A stretch of 64,000 nucleotides of DNA, taken from Nibricoccus sp. Lineage in GTDB: Bacteria; Verrucomicrobiota; Verrucomicrobiia; Opitutales; Opitutaceae. The DNA is taken from contig JASGHG010000001.1 of NCBI GenBank assembly GCA_047602425.1, forward strand, positions 3,456,001 through 3,520,000, read 5' to 3'. The notes beneath the pieces were generated by a model. The model did not search any database, was not told where the DNA came from, and saw nothing but the letters and a program-made list of their open reading frames with translations. The translations under genes were made by a program, and so were the position numbers. Shown one piece after another: positions 19,112 through 28,815 of this stretch (its first letter is position 1; the number at the start of each line of letters is the position of its first letter).

Positions 19112-22033
19112 TTATGGGTGCCTTGCCCTTGCGGTCTTCGCCAAAGAGCAACCGCGAAGAGCCGTCAACAGGATCAGAATTCCGAAGAATTCAGTGGATG
19201 GCGCACCGCCGCCACCTTTTCCACCGCTGCCGCTGGATGAAGGGGCACCGGAGCTCGACGAACTGCTCGATGAAGACGAACTGCTCGACGACGAGGAAGA
19301 GCTGCTGGAAGACGACGAACTGCTGGAAGAGGATGAGCTGGAGCTGCTGCTTGAGGAAGAACTCGAACTGCCAGTGCCAACCGTGAGGATTGCGGGCAGA
19401 CTGGTTGCGTCGGGATTTACTCCATTCGATACGACGCAACGGAATTGATCGCCTGACATGCCCGCAGTGGCTCCCGTCACTTTCAAGGAGGAGGTGGTTG
19501 TGCCGGAATAGGCACCGCTATTGGTTAGGGTTGCCCAGGTGCTGCTGTTGTTCGGTCGGCGCTGCCATTGGTAGGCCAAAGGCGCATTGCCGGCGGCGAC
19601 TAAATTGAACGTGGCAGTACCGCTTATTGCGATCGTTTGGTTGGTGGGTTGGGTGGTAATGACTGGCGCGAGCGGTGTGGGATCAGGGAACGGATCCTGT
19701 GATACAATTCCGCCAGCCGATATGAGGAATGCCAGGACGCCCTGAGCGCTCGCTTGAAATGTTATCCCACTCGAAATCGTGACGGTGGTTTCGGTTCCGG
19801 AAACGGCCGCGATAATATTGTATCCCGTGTTGGGAGTAAGATCGGGCAAGACAACGCGATTAAGCGCAGTGGGAATTTTAAATGACAGTGGAAGTCCCGG
19901 CGCCGTCCCGGTTTTCGAGAACAGCGAGCAAAGGCCCGAACCATCGGGATAGGATAAATAGGCGCCTTCAACCGCACCGGAAACGACGCTGCCATTTGTT
20001 GTGGTCAGAGGACGCGCAGTGGCTGCTTGAACTGCTGAAGCGGCGGCATCGAACGCGGTGAGCCAGTTGTTGCTGGTAGCGGCCGGAGGACGAACTTCGA
20101 GACGATAGATTTTGCTGCTATTGGCTAGGTTCACCAATTGCACAGTATGGTTTTCGGGTAGCAAGGTGCTCACCCGGCCTCGGTAGAGCGGAGCGGAGGC
20201 ATAGATACCGGTATTGTCAATTACATCATAGCGAGTGGTTCCGCTGGCCGCGCCAGCTTGAGCAATCGGAGTCCGCATGAAGTGAAACCCCATCCACTGA
20301 TTTGCGGCAGTGGAATTCACGGTCGTGCGATCGTACACTAAAAAATAGTTGGGCCGTACGTAGAGCACTTCACGCGTCCAACCGGTGATTGGCGTGCCTG
20401 TCATATACATCTTTTCAAGGTTTATGCCGCGCATCACCACGTACGATCCAGTATCCTCAAAATGATTGAGAGAGGTGGTGGTGTCGCCGGGTCCATAGCT
20501 GTACTGTCCCCAGTAGCCACTGTTTCGCGCGGCGATGAAGGTGTTGTAGATACGGCGGCCATTGTACACGCCGTCAGTCTGTGTGCCGTAGGTTTCGGCA
20601 TATAAAAAATCGAACCACCCGTTAGAGTCATTTGTTCCAGGCGAGTTGCGCATGAAGGCTCCCCACGTATTGACGAGGAACTGTACGCCGCCGCGCTTGA
20701 TCGTGAGCGCTCCTTGGTCGAAGAATTGCTCACCCGCGCCGGCATAGCCGGTATACGGTCCCGACTGGAAGGCGGCCCAAACCGAGTTTGTCGTCCAGTT
20801 GCCGCGCATCGCAACCTGGCCATCTCCATTGGTTCGGTAGGAGCGCGTAATTTTATAGTCGGTCTCGGGCGCCGTGTTGTTCCAATGCAGAAACTCCGCC
20901 CAGGGCGCGGCTTTGTCGCCGGTCGACGTACGGATTTCCCTGGCGTATCTTTGTATCTCGGGCGATGTCGTGCCTCCGCTGATGCGGAGCAGGCCTGCGT
21001 ACTCGGTGGACCAATGAGCTTCGGCCGAGGTGGGATTGTCGCTTTCGTAGACAAAGCCACGGTCATCCACAGTCTGCAAATCGGGCCAGGTAAAGTGGGC
21101 CATCCACAGTGCGTGCCCTTCAGGATAAGCGAAGGGCTTTGCGGTGTCGTGCAACAGGTCCAACCCCTTGGCGGTCTGCGCGGCGACAATCGGACGCAAC
21201 ATGTTGAGCGTGCCGTTGGGGCCGTAATTCCAACCCTCAGGCCAGCCACCACCCGAAAGCCATTGGGAATAGTGCGGCTGCACCAGGCCATAGTGCAGGC
21301 GATTGAGCCAGTCGTCCCACATTGCGGCGGCCTTGGGATTGTCGCCTTCGGTCGCGAGCGCGGCGAGGCCCTTGGCGCAATAGTATCCCGCAAAATAATT
21401 ACCCTGTGGATGCCCACGGCCAAAGCCGCTGGTGTCGAACCATTCGGTCCATCTATTTATTTCGGTATAAATCTGCGTGCGATCGGCGTCGCTTAAAACA
21501 TCGTAGAGCCAATCATAGCCAATGGCGAGCGCCGGCACGTAGGCGCGAATGGACCAGCCGGAGTCTGTACTCTCGCGGCCGTGATGCACCGGGTCGGACA
21601 AAGCGAGCAGCAACTCACGGCCTTTGGCAGCATAGTTGGTTGCGCGCGTGGCATCGACGGTCTTGGCCACCTGATAACCAAGTGCGAGGGTGAACGCGGG
21701 CTCTAGGTAGTCGAAATATTGATAGCCGCCGGAAATGACGTTGCCGCTCGGGCCCGTGCCATCCGGAAACTGCACGCCTTTGGCGGCGAGCGAATCGCAG
21801 GTATTGCGCAACGTGATCCATGCACTGTCGGAAGCGGCGGCCCGCGTGCGCAGCGCTGCAATCGAAGTGGGCGTAAGCCACAAGCGAGGATGTGCGGTGG
21901 CAGCCTCGCTCAAACTCGTCGCCAAAACTAAAAAGAATGCAGGGCAAACGAGCAGGCGAAACACCTGGGATAAGAAGCCGCACCTACTCCAGGCGCTGAG
22001 ATCGATTGCTGGACGGGATTTTTGAATATTCAT
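19112..22033 (-). CDS. secreted heparinase II/III-like (alpha/alpha + beta-sandwich) protein with Ig, poly-Ser linker and GGGGAP tail
   Basis: HPRLWLT, LAIGYDWLY, GGWPEGWNYG, DQGALTI pattern; Ig (YQWQ...FRCVVSN); run of about 40 Ser. Confidence 0.75.
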   Translation of the reverse strand: MNIQKSRPAIDLSAWSRCGFLSQVFRLLVCPAFFLVLATSLSEAATAHPRLWLTPTSIAALRTRAAASDSAWITLRNTCDSLAAKGVQFPDGTGPSGNVISGGYQYFDYLEPAFTLALGYQVAKTVDATRATNYAAKGRELLLALSDPVHHGRESTDSGWSIRAYVPALAIGYDWLYDVLSDADRTQIYTEINRWTEWFDTSGFGRGHPQGNYFAGYYCAKGLAALATEGDNPKAAAMWDDWLNRLHYGLVQPHYSQWLSGGGWPEGWNYGPNGTLNMLRPIVAAQTAKGLDLLHDTAKPFAYPEGHALWMAHFTWPDLQTVDDRGFVYESDNPTSAEAHWSTEYAGLLRISGGTTSPEIQRYAREIRTSTGDKAAPWAEFLHWNNTAPETDYKITRSYRTNGDGQVAMRGNWTTNSVWAAFQSGPYTGYAGAGEQFFDQGALTIKRGGVQFLVNTWGAFMRNSPGTNDSNGWFDFLYAETYGTQTDGVYNGRRIYNTFIAARNSGYWGQYSYGPGDTTTSLNHFEDTGSYVVMRGINLEKMYMTGTPITGWTREVLYVRPNYFLVYDRTTVNSTAANQWMGFHFMRTPIAQAGAASGTTRYDVIDNTGIYASAPLYRGRVSTLLPENHTVQLVNLANSSKIYRLEVRPPAATSNNWLTAFDAAASAVQAATARPLTTTNGSVVSGAVEGAYLSYPDGSGLCSLFSKTGTAPGLPLSFKIPTALNRVVLPDLTPNTGYNIIAAVSGTETTVTISSGITFQASAQGVLAFLISAGGIVSQDPFPDPTPLAPVITTQPTNQTIAISGTATFNLVAAGNAPLAYQWQRRPNNSSTWATLTNSGAYSGTTTSSLKVTGATAGMSGDQFRCVVSNGVNPDATSLPAILTVGTGSSSSSSSSSSSSSSSSSSSSSSSSSSSSSSSSSSSSSSSSGAPSSSGSGGKGGGGAPSTEFFGILILLTALRGCSLAKTARARHP

Positions 22034-22054
22034 GATATTGAACCGAAAGATTTG

Positions 22055-24388
22055 CTACGAACGAGGGTTCTTCGTGATAACGAACCTTCGTATTGGTACC
22101 AGGAGAACCAGCGCGGCGAAATACCAGCAGGACGGAGCGCCGCCGCCTTTGCCACCAGTAGCGCCGCTGCTTCCACTCGATGAAGAAGCGCCCGAGCTCG
22201 ATGAACTGCTCGAGGACGACGATGAACTACTGGAAGGGGACGAACCGCTTGATGAAGATGACGAGCTGCTCGACGAGGAGGAACTACTGGAAGACGACGA
22301 GGAACTGCTGGAGGAAGATGAAGAGCTGGAACTGCTGCTGGAGGACGAAATGACGGTGACGGTTGCTGTGGCGGTTTTGGTTGGATCGGCTACACTCTTG
22401 GCGGTGACGTGGTAGGAGCCGGTGATGGCAGGCGCCGTGTAGACCCCGGAGGTATTGATCGTACCGCCGCCCATCTCAACCACACTCCAGGTGACGTTTT
22501 GATTGGTTGAACCGTAGACGATCGAAGTAAATGTTTTGGAGCTTCCCGCATTGACGTTCGCCTCTGGCGGGGTGATGGAAACGGAAACTCCAGCGGGTGT
22601 ACCGTCGAGCAAACCGAATTGATCGGCTGCGTTGACGGTGCCGGCTCCAACGGCGCCGATGTCGTTGCCATTCCCGCCCGCCAAATCGCCCGCATCGATC
22701 AGCGGGCTGCCGACGGCAGGCGTGTAGTATTGACGGTAAAGTTGGAGGATCTGCTTTACCGATAATATTCGGTTCCAAATATCAGCCCGGCTGAGCGTCG
22801 TATATCTCGGTGGCTGTGGTTGCATGAAACGAGGATTAACCTGTTCGTTGAGCAAACCGACGTCATTGGCCGGATGACTGTTGTCCGAGTAGTTACGGAT
22901 GGAATTGATTCCGGGGTTGTAGAATAGGTTGTAGTTGGTGGTTGTGTTTCCCGTCTTTGTGACGATGGGCGTGCCGTTGAAGCGGTAGAATACGTTGGAG
23001 TGGAGGTTGCCGGAAGATTGATCTCCGGCGATAAACGGAAATTGCGTCGCTGGGAAAGCGAAGCCATCGAGGGTGTTATTGTAGAATTGAACGCCGATTG
23101 GTCCGTAAATCATCCAGATGCCTGCGACGTCGACATCGCCTTCCGCGAAAATGTTGTGGTGGACAACCGCGTTGTCCTCGGTGATCCAAAGCCATTCGTG
23201 TCCTGCATTCAGCACCAGATTGTAGCGAAGCAATCCGCCAAAAGCCCGGATCGGCCACGAGCCGCCACTGATGAGGTTATGTTCGACGACAAGATCGGTG
23301 CTGGAATTCATTTCGAAATTATTGCCCTGGCTCCAGCCGCCAAAATAAATTTGGTCGGAAAGATTGCGCCGAATCTGAATTCCTGAACCACCAGTCAGGT
23401 CTATTCCCACACGAGGTCCGATCAGGATGTTGCTATCAGTATCCGAACCGCCGCCAAAGGTCCAATTTTTCCCGTTGTTTACCTCGATGCAGCTCAGACC
23501 TACATTGTTGCCCTGGAACAAATGCACGCCGGCTGAGGAGCCTTGGAGACGAATGCACGCGGTGGTTCCATCGGGTGGGGGGGCGTAATTAATGGGTAAC
23601 TGTGCCACCGGCATAAGCATGTTTGAGCGAAATTCGTTCGCGCGGATTGTTGCTGGTGAGTTGCCATTGAGGGTGAGATCGATGGTGTTACAGGCGTCAA
23701 AAACGCAGTTCTCGATGTCTACCGTTTGATTCGTGGTGATCGCCAGGCCCGCAGTCGTGCTGTCGAGAATGCCCAGTCCGGTGACATCGACGTATTTGAG
23801 GATAAGTTGTCCATTCCACGAGGGTTCTGAGCGAATTCTAAAACCGTTTCCGTTGATGCGAATTCGTGAGTTTGCTGTGCCGACTAAAGAATAGTTCTGG
23901 TTACCAGTTAGAACGATATCGGTGACGAGATTTATTGTCTGTCCGTAAAGGGGGGCATTATCGACGGTAATCAATGCAGCCTTGCTATCGAGAACCGCGC
24001 CTCCAACAAAATGCCCGCGCACCCAAATCCGATGCGTACCGGCCGGAATTCCCGACAGCGTGGTTTTATAGACCCAATATTCCGACGTGTCGCCGGGGAT
24101 GGTGACTTGGATCGTATCGTCGACCATCACTTCCACCGATGATGCGCGATTTTTGTTCGGCCAGTTATTGATGTCCTCCACCGCGGCGAAAACACGAACC
24201 GATGCTGGAGCCAGAAAATGTTGGCCGCTGATGGGACCCATGAGATGAGCGTAACGACCCGAGCCTTCCGACGGATTCGTTTGACCGAGGGCGGTCTGCA
24301 AAAAAGTCAGAAAGGCGAGAGTCAGAGGAACTACGTTCAGACAAGGTGGCAGCTTCAGGCCACGTGGGATAAATGGAAAAAAGTTCAT
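22055..24388 (-). CDS. secreted Ig + parallel beta-helix protein with poly-Ser linker and GGGAP tail
   Basis: Signal-like N-terminus; repeated HN/NN beta-helix turns; GSPLIDAG...DIGA; Ig-like VTWSV..GTI..GVYTAP; Ser run. ATG at 24388 preferred. Confidence 0.75.
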   Translation of the reverse strand: MNFFPFIPRGLKLPPCLNVVPLTLAFLTFLQTALGQTNPSEGSGRYAHLMGPISGQHFLAPASVRVFAAVEDINNWPNKNRASSVEVMVDDTIQVTIPGDTSEYWVYKTTLSGIPAGTHRIWVRGHFVGGAVLDSKAALITVDNAPLYGQTINLVTDIVLTGNQNYSLVGTANSRIRINGNGFRIRSEPSWNGQLILKYVDVTGLGILDSTTAGLAITTNQTVDIENCVFDACNTIDLTLNGNSPATIRANEFRSNMLMPVAQLPINYAPPPDGTTACIRLQGSSAGVHLFQGNNVGLSCIEVNNGKNWTFGGGSDTDSNILIGPRVGIDLTGGSGIQIRRNLSDQIYFGGWSQGNNFEMNSSTDLVVEHNLISGGSWPIRAFGGLLRYNLVLNAGHEWLWITEDNAVVHHNIFAEGDVDVAGIWMIYGPIGVQFYNNTLDGFAFPATQFPFIAGDQSSGNLHSNVFYRFNGTPIVTKTGNTTTNYNLFYNPGINSIRNYSDNSHPANDVGLLNEQVNPRFMQPQPPRYTTLSRADIWNRILSVKQILQLYRQYYTPAVGSPLIDAGDLAGGNGNDIGAVGAGTVNAADQFGLLDGTPAGVSVSITPPEANVNAGSSKTFTSIVYGSTNQNVTWSVVEMGGGTINTSGVYTAPAITGSYHVTAKSVADPTKTATATVTVISSSSSSSSSSSSSSSSSSSSSSSSSSSSSSSSSSGSSPSSSSSSSSSSSSSSGASSSSGSSGATGGKGGGAPSCWYFAALVLLVPIRRFVITKNPRS

Positions 24389-24755
24389 ATGCAGTGGAGT
24401 TGGGAAATGCGAGTGATGGTGCCACGGCATCCTTCGCGCAGTCAGGGACGAGAGGCTGACAACAACCCGAACCATCTGATCCCAATAGTTTCTCACGCTC
24501 CTGCTTTTAGGGGATTTTTTAAAAACCTCGCCGATTTGTTACCTTTAGGTTCTTGCAATTGGCTCAAGAAAGGATGGAGGCGAAAATGTGTATTCGAAGC
24601 TCGGATATCTGATCGCACACTTGTTTTCGTAACGGAGTTGTCTGCGTGGCAGGGGATTGAGAACGCGTTGAGCGACTGGCTACGATGAACAAAGGCGGCG
24701 AATAAATCGCCGTTTTCGACTGGCGGTCTTTCTGCGGCTGAACACTACTTTAGAC

Positions 24756-25616
24756 GTGTCCAAACTGATTCTAGCCACACGTAAAAGTCCCCTCGCGCTT
24801 GCCCAGACTGAGATGGTGGCGGCGCATCTGCGCGAAAAGCTCGGCGTCGAAGTCGACCTGCTGAAGATCGTTACGACGGGAGACAAACAGATCGAGTGGT
24901 CGCTTGAAAAGAAAGGCGGCAAGGGGCTGTTCACGAGCGAACTGGAACACGCGCTCGAACGCGGCGAAGCCGACCTTGCGATTCATAGTTCGAAGGATTT
25001 GCCCGGTGACATGCCGGCCGGCCTCGCCATCGCCGGCTATCTTCCGCGTGCCGACGTGCGCGACGTGCTTGTTTTGCACGCTGGCACCGCCAAACCAAAA
25101 ACAATTGCCACCGCCAGCTCGCGCCGCCGGATGCAGATTGCGAAACTTTTTCCTGAAGCCCAATTCACGGAAATTCGCGGCAACGTCGATACGCGTCTCC
25201 GGAAAATCGGCACCGATCGCCTCGCGGACGCCACGATTCTTGCCGCCGCGGGATTGAATCGGCTGGGCATCGGCAACTGGCCCGGCGTGGAATTTCATTC
25301 GCTTAGTTTTGAGCAAATGGTTCCGGCTGTTGGTCAGGGCGCGATCGCCGCGCAATGTCGGGCGTCCGACGCCGCAAAATTCTCCGCGGTTTTCGACGCG
25401 CCCACCGCGCGCTCGGTCACGATCGAACGCGCTTTTCAAAATGCATTGGGCGGCGGTTGCCACACGGCGCTCGGCGTGCACGCGACGGTCGACAGGGTTT
25501 ATTTGTTTCACGAAACCTGCGGCGTGCATCATTTTCCGCTGACGGCTGCGGAGGCGACCAACGCCGTTGACTACGCCCGGCAGATTTTAAAAACATTGAA
25601 GCTCATGCCCGCGTAA
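24756..25616 (+). CDS. hemC: porphobilinogen deaminase (hydroxymethylbilane synthase)
   Basis: ATRKSPLALAQ, TTGD, GKGLF, HSSKD, IRGNVDTRL, PAVGQG, GGGC. Confidence 0.93.
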   Translation: MSKLILATRKSPLALAQTEMVAAHLREKLGVEVDLLKIVTTGDKQIEWSLEKKGGKGLFTSELEHALERGEADLAIHSSKDLPGDMPAGLAIAGYLPRADVRDVLVLHAGTAKPKTIATASSRRRMQIAKLFPEAQFTEIRGNVDTRLRKIGTDRLADATILAAAGLNRLGIGNWPGVEFHSLSFEQMVPAVGQGAIAAQCRASDAAKFSAVFDAPTARSVTIERAFQNALGGGCHTALGVHATVDRVYLFHETCGVHHFPLTAAEATNAVDYARQILKTLKLMPA

Positions 25617-25690
25617 ATATTCGCGGTTGCGGGTGTACTTCTGGTGAGCGGCGAATGCCGGGTTGAAAGCCGCCGACCACAACAGGCTCG

Positions 25691-27367
25691 TTATCTTGAG
25701 CAGGCGGTTCTTTCGCCGTCTTTGGATGGTTCCTTGCCAACCTTGAAAAACTGGATGGCGGTTTTAAGTTGTTCGGCTTGAGAGGCAAGTTGTTCGGAGG
25801 AGGAGGCGAGTTCCTCTGCGGCGGACGCGGTTTGTTGGATAATCCCGTCGAGCTCCTGCACGGCCTTGTTGATGTGCGCGGCGCCGGCATTTTGTTGTTC
25901 GGAACCCGTGGCGATTTCTTTGACCAGTTCAGCGGTCCGGCGGATGTTAGGCACAAGTTTTTCCAGCATCCGGCCGGTGGCTTCGGCGATTTCGACCGAG
26001 CCGGAGGAAAGTTGGTTTATCTCGCCGGCGGCGGACTGTGATTTTACCGCGAGTTTGCGGACCTCGCTCGCGACGACGGCGAAGCCTTTACCGTGTTCGC
26101 CGGCGCGGGCGGCTTCAATCGCCGCGTTGAGCGCGAGCAGATCGGTCTGGCGGGCGATTTCCTCAACGATGGAAATTTTTTGCGCAATGGTTTTCATCGC
26201 TTCGACCGTGCGGGTGACGGACTGCCCGGCTTTGATCGCGTCCTCGGCGACCTTGAGCGAGATCGCGTTGGTTTGTTGGGCATTGTCGGCGTTGTGTTGA
26301 ATCGATGCGGTGGATTCTTCCATCGCGGAGGAGACTTGTTGGACACTGGCGGCTTGTTCGGAAGCGCCAGTGGAGAGACTTTGGGCCGTGCCGGTGATTT
26401 GCTCGGCACCCGAGGCAACAGACTCCGCTGCGGCGGTTACATTTCCCACGACGATGCGAAGATTGAGAATCATCTTTTGCAACGCCTGGCCGAGAGTGTC
26501 GTGGTCAGACGTGAGTTTTACCTCGTGACTGAGATCGCCCTCGCTGATCTGGAGAGCCAGGTGGGCCTTAGTTTCGAGTGCCTCGGCCATGCGGTTTGCT
26601 GCGGTTGAAAGTTGGGCGATTTCGTCTTTGGAATCGTCGACGGGAACACGAATTTTGAGATTGCCGTCGGCGATTTGCCCGAGGCCGTGAGTAAGACGGC
26701 CGAGCGGCAGGGCGATCAGGCGGCGAACGGCGATGTACGCGAGCGCAACGAAAACGCCAATAATCGTAAGAATGGTGATCACCATCCAGAGCCGGCTGGA
26801 GCGCTTCAGCTCGACCAGGGAATCCGCAGCCTCGGCTTTGGCGCTTTCAAGTGATTCGGTAGTGAATCGGAAGGCGAGCACGCCTCCGATCTGGCCGGCT
26901 TTCCATTCGTGGCATTCGATGCAACTGGCCTTCGCCACCTGCGGTTGATAGATTTCAAAGGCCGCGTCAGTCTGACGCCTGATTTCCTTTGGCTCGGAAA
27001 GCAGCTGGGTTTTGAGTTCGGCAGGAAGCGTCTGACCGCGAAATTTTTTTTCGGAGGAATATCGGGCGACGCCTTTTTCGTCGTAGAGCGAAAATTCCAG
27101 AAGGCCTTTCACCTCACGCTGGGCGACGAGAATTTTTTCGAAGCGGCCCATCTCGCCGCGTTCCATGCTATCGACCGCCGCAAATTGCACGGCGCGACTG
27201 ACGTTTTCAGCGTTCATCCATTCGCGTGTTTCGAGAGCGGCCCGGGCTTCGTCAGCGAGATGTTTAAGCGCCTTGCTCCCACGGGATTGCTCAAAGATCT
27301 GCGATGTCAGTACGATGACCAATAGGACGGACAACAGACATAAGATGAGCTTGGCGTGGAGCTTCAT
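25691..27367 (-). CDS. methyl-accepting chemotaxis protein with periplasmic CXXCH heme-c motif
   Basis: Two TM helices, [46 protein letters not shown] lies between the TMs. Confidence 0.92.
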   Translation of the reverse strand: MKLHAKLILCLLSVLLVIVLTSQIFEQSRGSKALKHLADEARAALETREWMNAENVSRAVQFAAVDSMERGEMGRFEKILVAQREVKGLLEFSLYDEKGVARYSSEKKFRGQTLPAELKTQLLSEPKEIRRQTDAAFEIYQPQVAKASCIECHEWKAGQIGGVLAFRFTTESLESAKAEAADSLVELKRSSRLWMVITILTIIGVFVALAYIAVRRLIALPLGRLTHGLGQIADGNLKIRVPVDDSKDEIAQLSTAANRMAEALETKAHLALQISEGDLSHEVKLTSDHDTLGQALQKMILNLRIVVGNVTAAAESVASGAEQITGTAQSLSTGASEQAASVQQVSSAMEESTASIQHNADNAQQTNAISLKVAEDAIKAGQSVTRTVEAMKTIAQKISIVEEIARQTDLLALNAAIEAARAGEHGKGFAVVASEVRKLAVKSQSAAGEINQLSSGSVEIAEATGRMLEKLVPNIRRTAELVKEIATGSEQQNAGAAHINKAVQELDGIIQQTASAAEELASSSEQLASQAEQLKTAIQFFKVGKEPSKDGERTACSR

Positions 27368-27450
27368 GGGGGCCTCTTCAGCAGCTATCGGCTGGAAGAG
27401 GCCTTTCTTAACCCGGGTGGGCGAACTAAACGCCGCGCAAGCCCGCTATC

Positions 27451-28680
27451 TCAAGTCTCTTGCGATCGATCGAGCCGGTCCATTTTTCGCAAAATCGGGA
27501 AGCGCCAGGCCCAGAGGCCCACAACCAGGAGCGTGCCGAGGCCTCCGATCACGACCGAGCGCACGGTGCCGAACCAGCCGGCAGTGACACCCGATTCGAA
27601 TTCACCAAGTTCGTTGGAAGCGCCGATGAAAAGCAGATTCACCGCGCTCACGCGGCCGCGCATGGCGTCGGGCGTGGCGATTTGCACCAGCGTTTGCCGG
27701 ATCACCACGCTGATCATGTCAGCCGCGCCGAGCACGGCGAGTGTTACCAGCGACAGCCAGAACGACCGAGACACGCCAAAGACAATGGTGCAGAAGCCGA
27801 ACAGTGCGACGTAGCCAAAAAGCTTTTTTCCTGCCTGCGTCCTGATCGGATGATGAGCCAGCCAGAGGGCGACTGCCGCGGCGCCGACCGCCGGTGCGCT
27901 GCGCAACAGGCCGAGTCCCCACGGCCCCGTATGCAGGATGTCGCTCGCGTAGATCGGAAGCAGGGCGGTGGCACCACCGAAGAGCACGGCGAACAAATCG
28001 AGCGACACCGCGCCAAGAATTTCCTGGCGTGAGAAAACAAATTTCACGCCTGTGAACAAGTCGGTCAGGCGCAAATTGGCGGTGCGCGTGATGGCGCGGG
28101 CTTTGATGCCTGCCATCAATGTCGCAGCGACGAGCAAGCAAGCGGCCGCGCAACCGTAGACGTAGGCGGGGCCGAGCAGGTACAGCAAACCCGCGGCCGC
28201 CGGGCCGGCGATGCTCGCGGCTTGAAACACCGACGAATTCCACGCCACCGCTCGCACGAAATCCTCCGGCGGTACGAGCAGCGGCAAAAACGATTGCGCC
28301 GCGGGCGCCAGAAATGCCCGTCCCACGCCAATCAGCGTGAGAACTCCATAAATTGCGCCGACTCTCGGATTCGGCGACAGCGTGATTGCCAGCATCGAGG
28401 CCGCGACGATCAGTTCCAACGACAGGCCGAAAACGATGACGCGCTTGCGCTCGAAACGGTCCGCGGCCAGTCCGCCCGGCAGCGTTAACAGAAACGCGGG
28501 CACAAATTGCGCCAAACCGACGACGCCGAGCGCAAACGGGCTCTTTGTCAGATCGTAAACCTGCCAGCCCACCGCCACGCCCATCATCATCATCGTAAAT
28601 GTCGCGAAGAACCGCGCGATCAGGAAGTTCCTGAAGTCGCGATGAGCGAAAACGGCAAAAGCGGACGAGCTGGAAATCAT
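27451..28680 (-). CDS. MFS transporter (EntS/H+ antiporter-like)
   Basis: GLAADRFERKR motif A; about 12 hydrophobic segments; DLFAVLFGG; MRGRV. Confidence 0.9.
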   Translation of the reverse strand: MISSSSAFAVFAHRDFRNFLIARFFATFTMMMMGVAVGWQVYDLTKSPFALGVVGLAQFVPAFLLTLPGGLAADRFERKRVIVFGLSLELIVAASMLAITLSPNPRVGAIYGVLTLIGVGRAFLAPAAQSFLPLLVPPEDFVRAVAWNSSVFQAASIAGPAAAGLLYLLGPAYVYGCAAACLLVAATLMAGIKARAITRTANLRLTDLFTGVKFVFSRQEILGAVSLDLFAVLFGGATALLPIYASDILHTGPWGLGLLRSAPAVGAAAVALWLAHHPIRTQAGKKLFGYVALFGFCTIVFGVSRSFWLSLVTLAVLGAADMISVVIRQTLVQIATPDAMRGRVSAVNLLFIGASNELGEFESGVTAGWFGTVRSVVIGGLGTLLVVGLWAWRFPILRKMDRLDRSQET

Positions 28681-28815
28681 TGAGCGGGCGAAAATAGACG
28701 CCACTGTCTTGGTCGCGATTACAAAGTTGTTTGCACCGGCTCAGACACCCGCTTGCATGGGGAGCGCAGTTTTCACGTTTAACCACAAACCAGTTCGTTC
28801 TCTCCACAAAGCATC

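Noticed and set aside
19194..19448. Acidic DEELLE-repeat ORFs (also 13053..13253 and 22032..22415)
   Set aside because: They are the antisense reading of the poly-Ser linkers.
22165..22348. Repetitive GAC/GAA/CTG tracts as a possible CRISPR array or VNTR
   Set aside because: There is no constant repeat with unique spacers and no cas genes; Ser codons explain the pattern.
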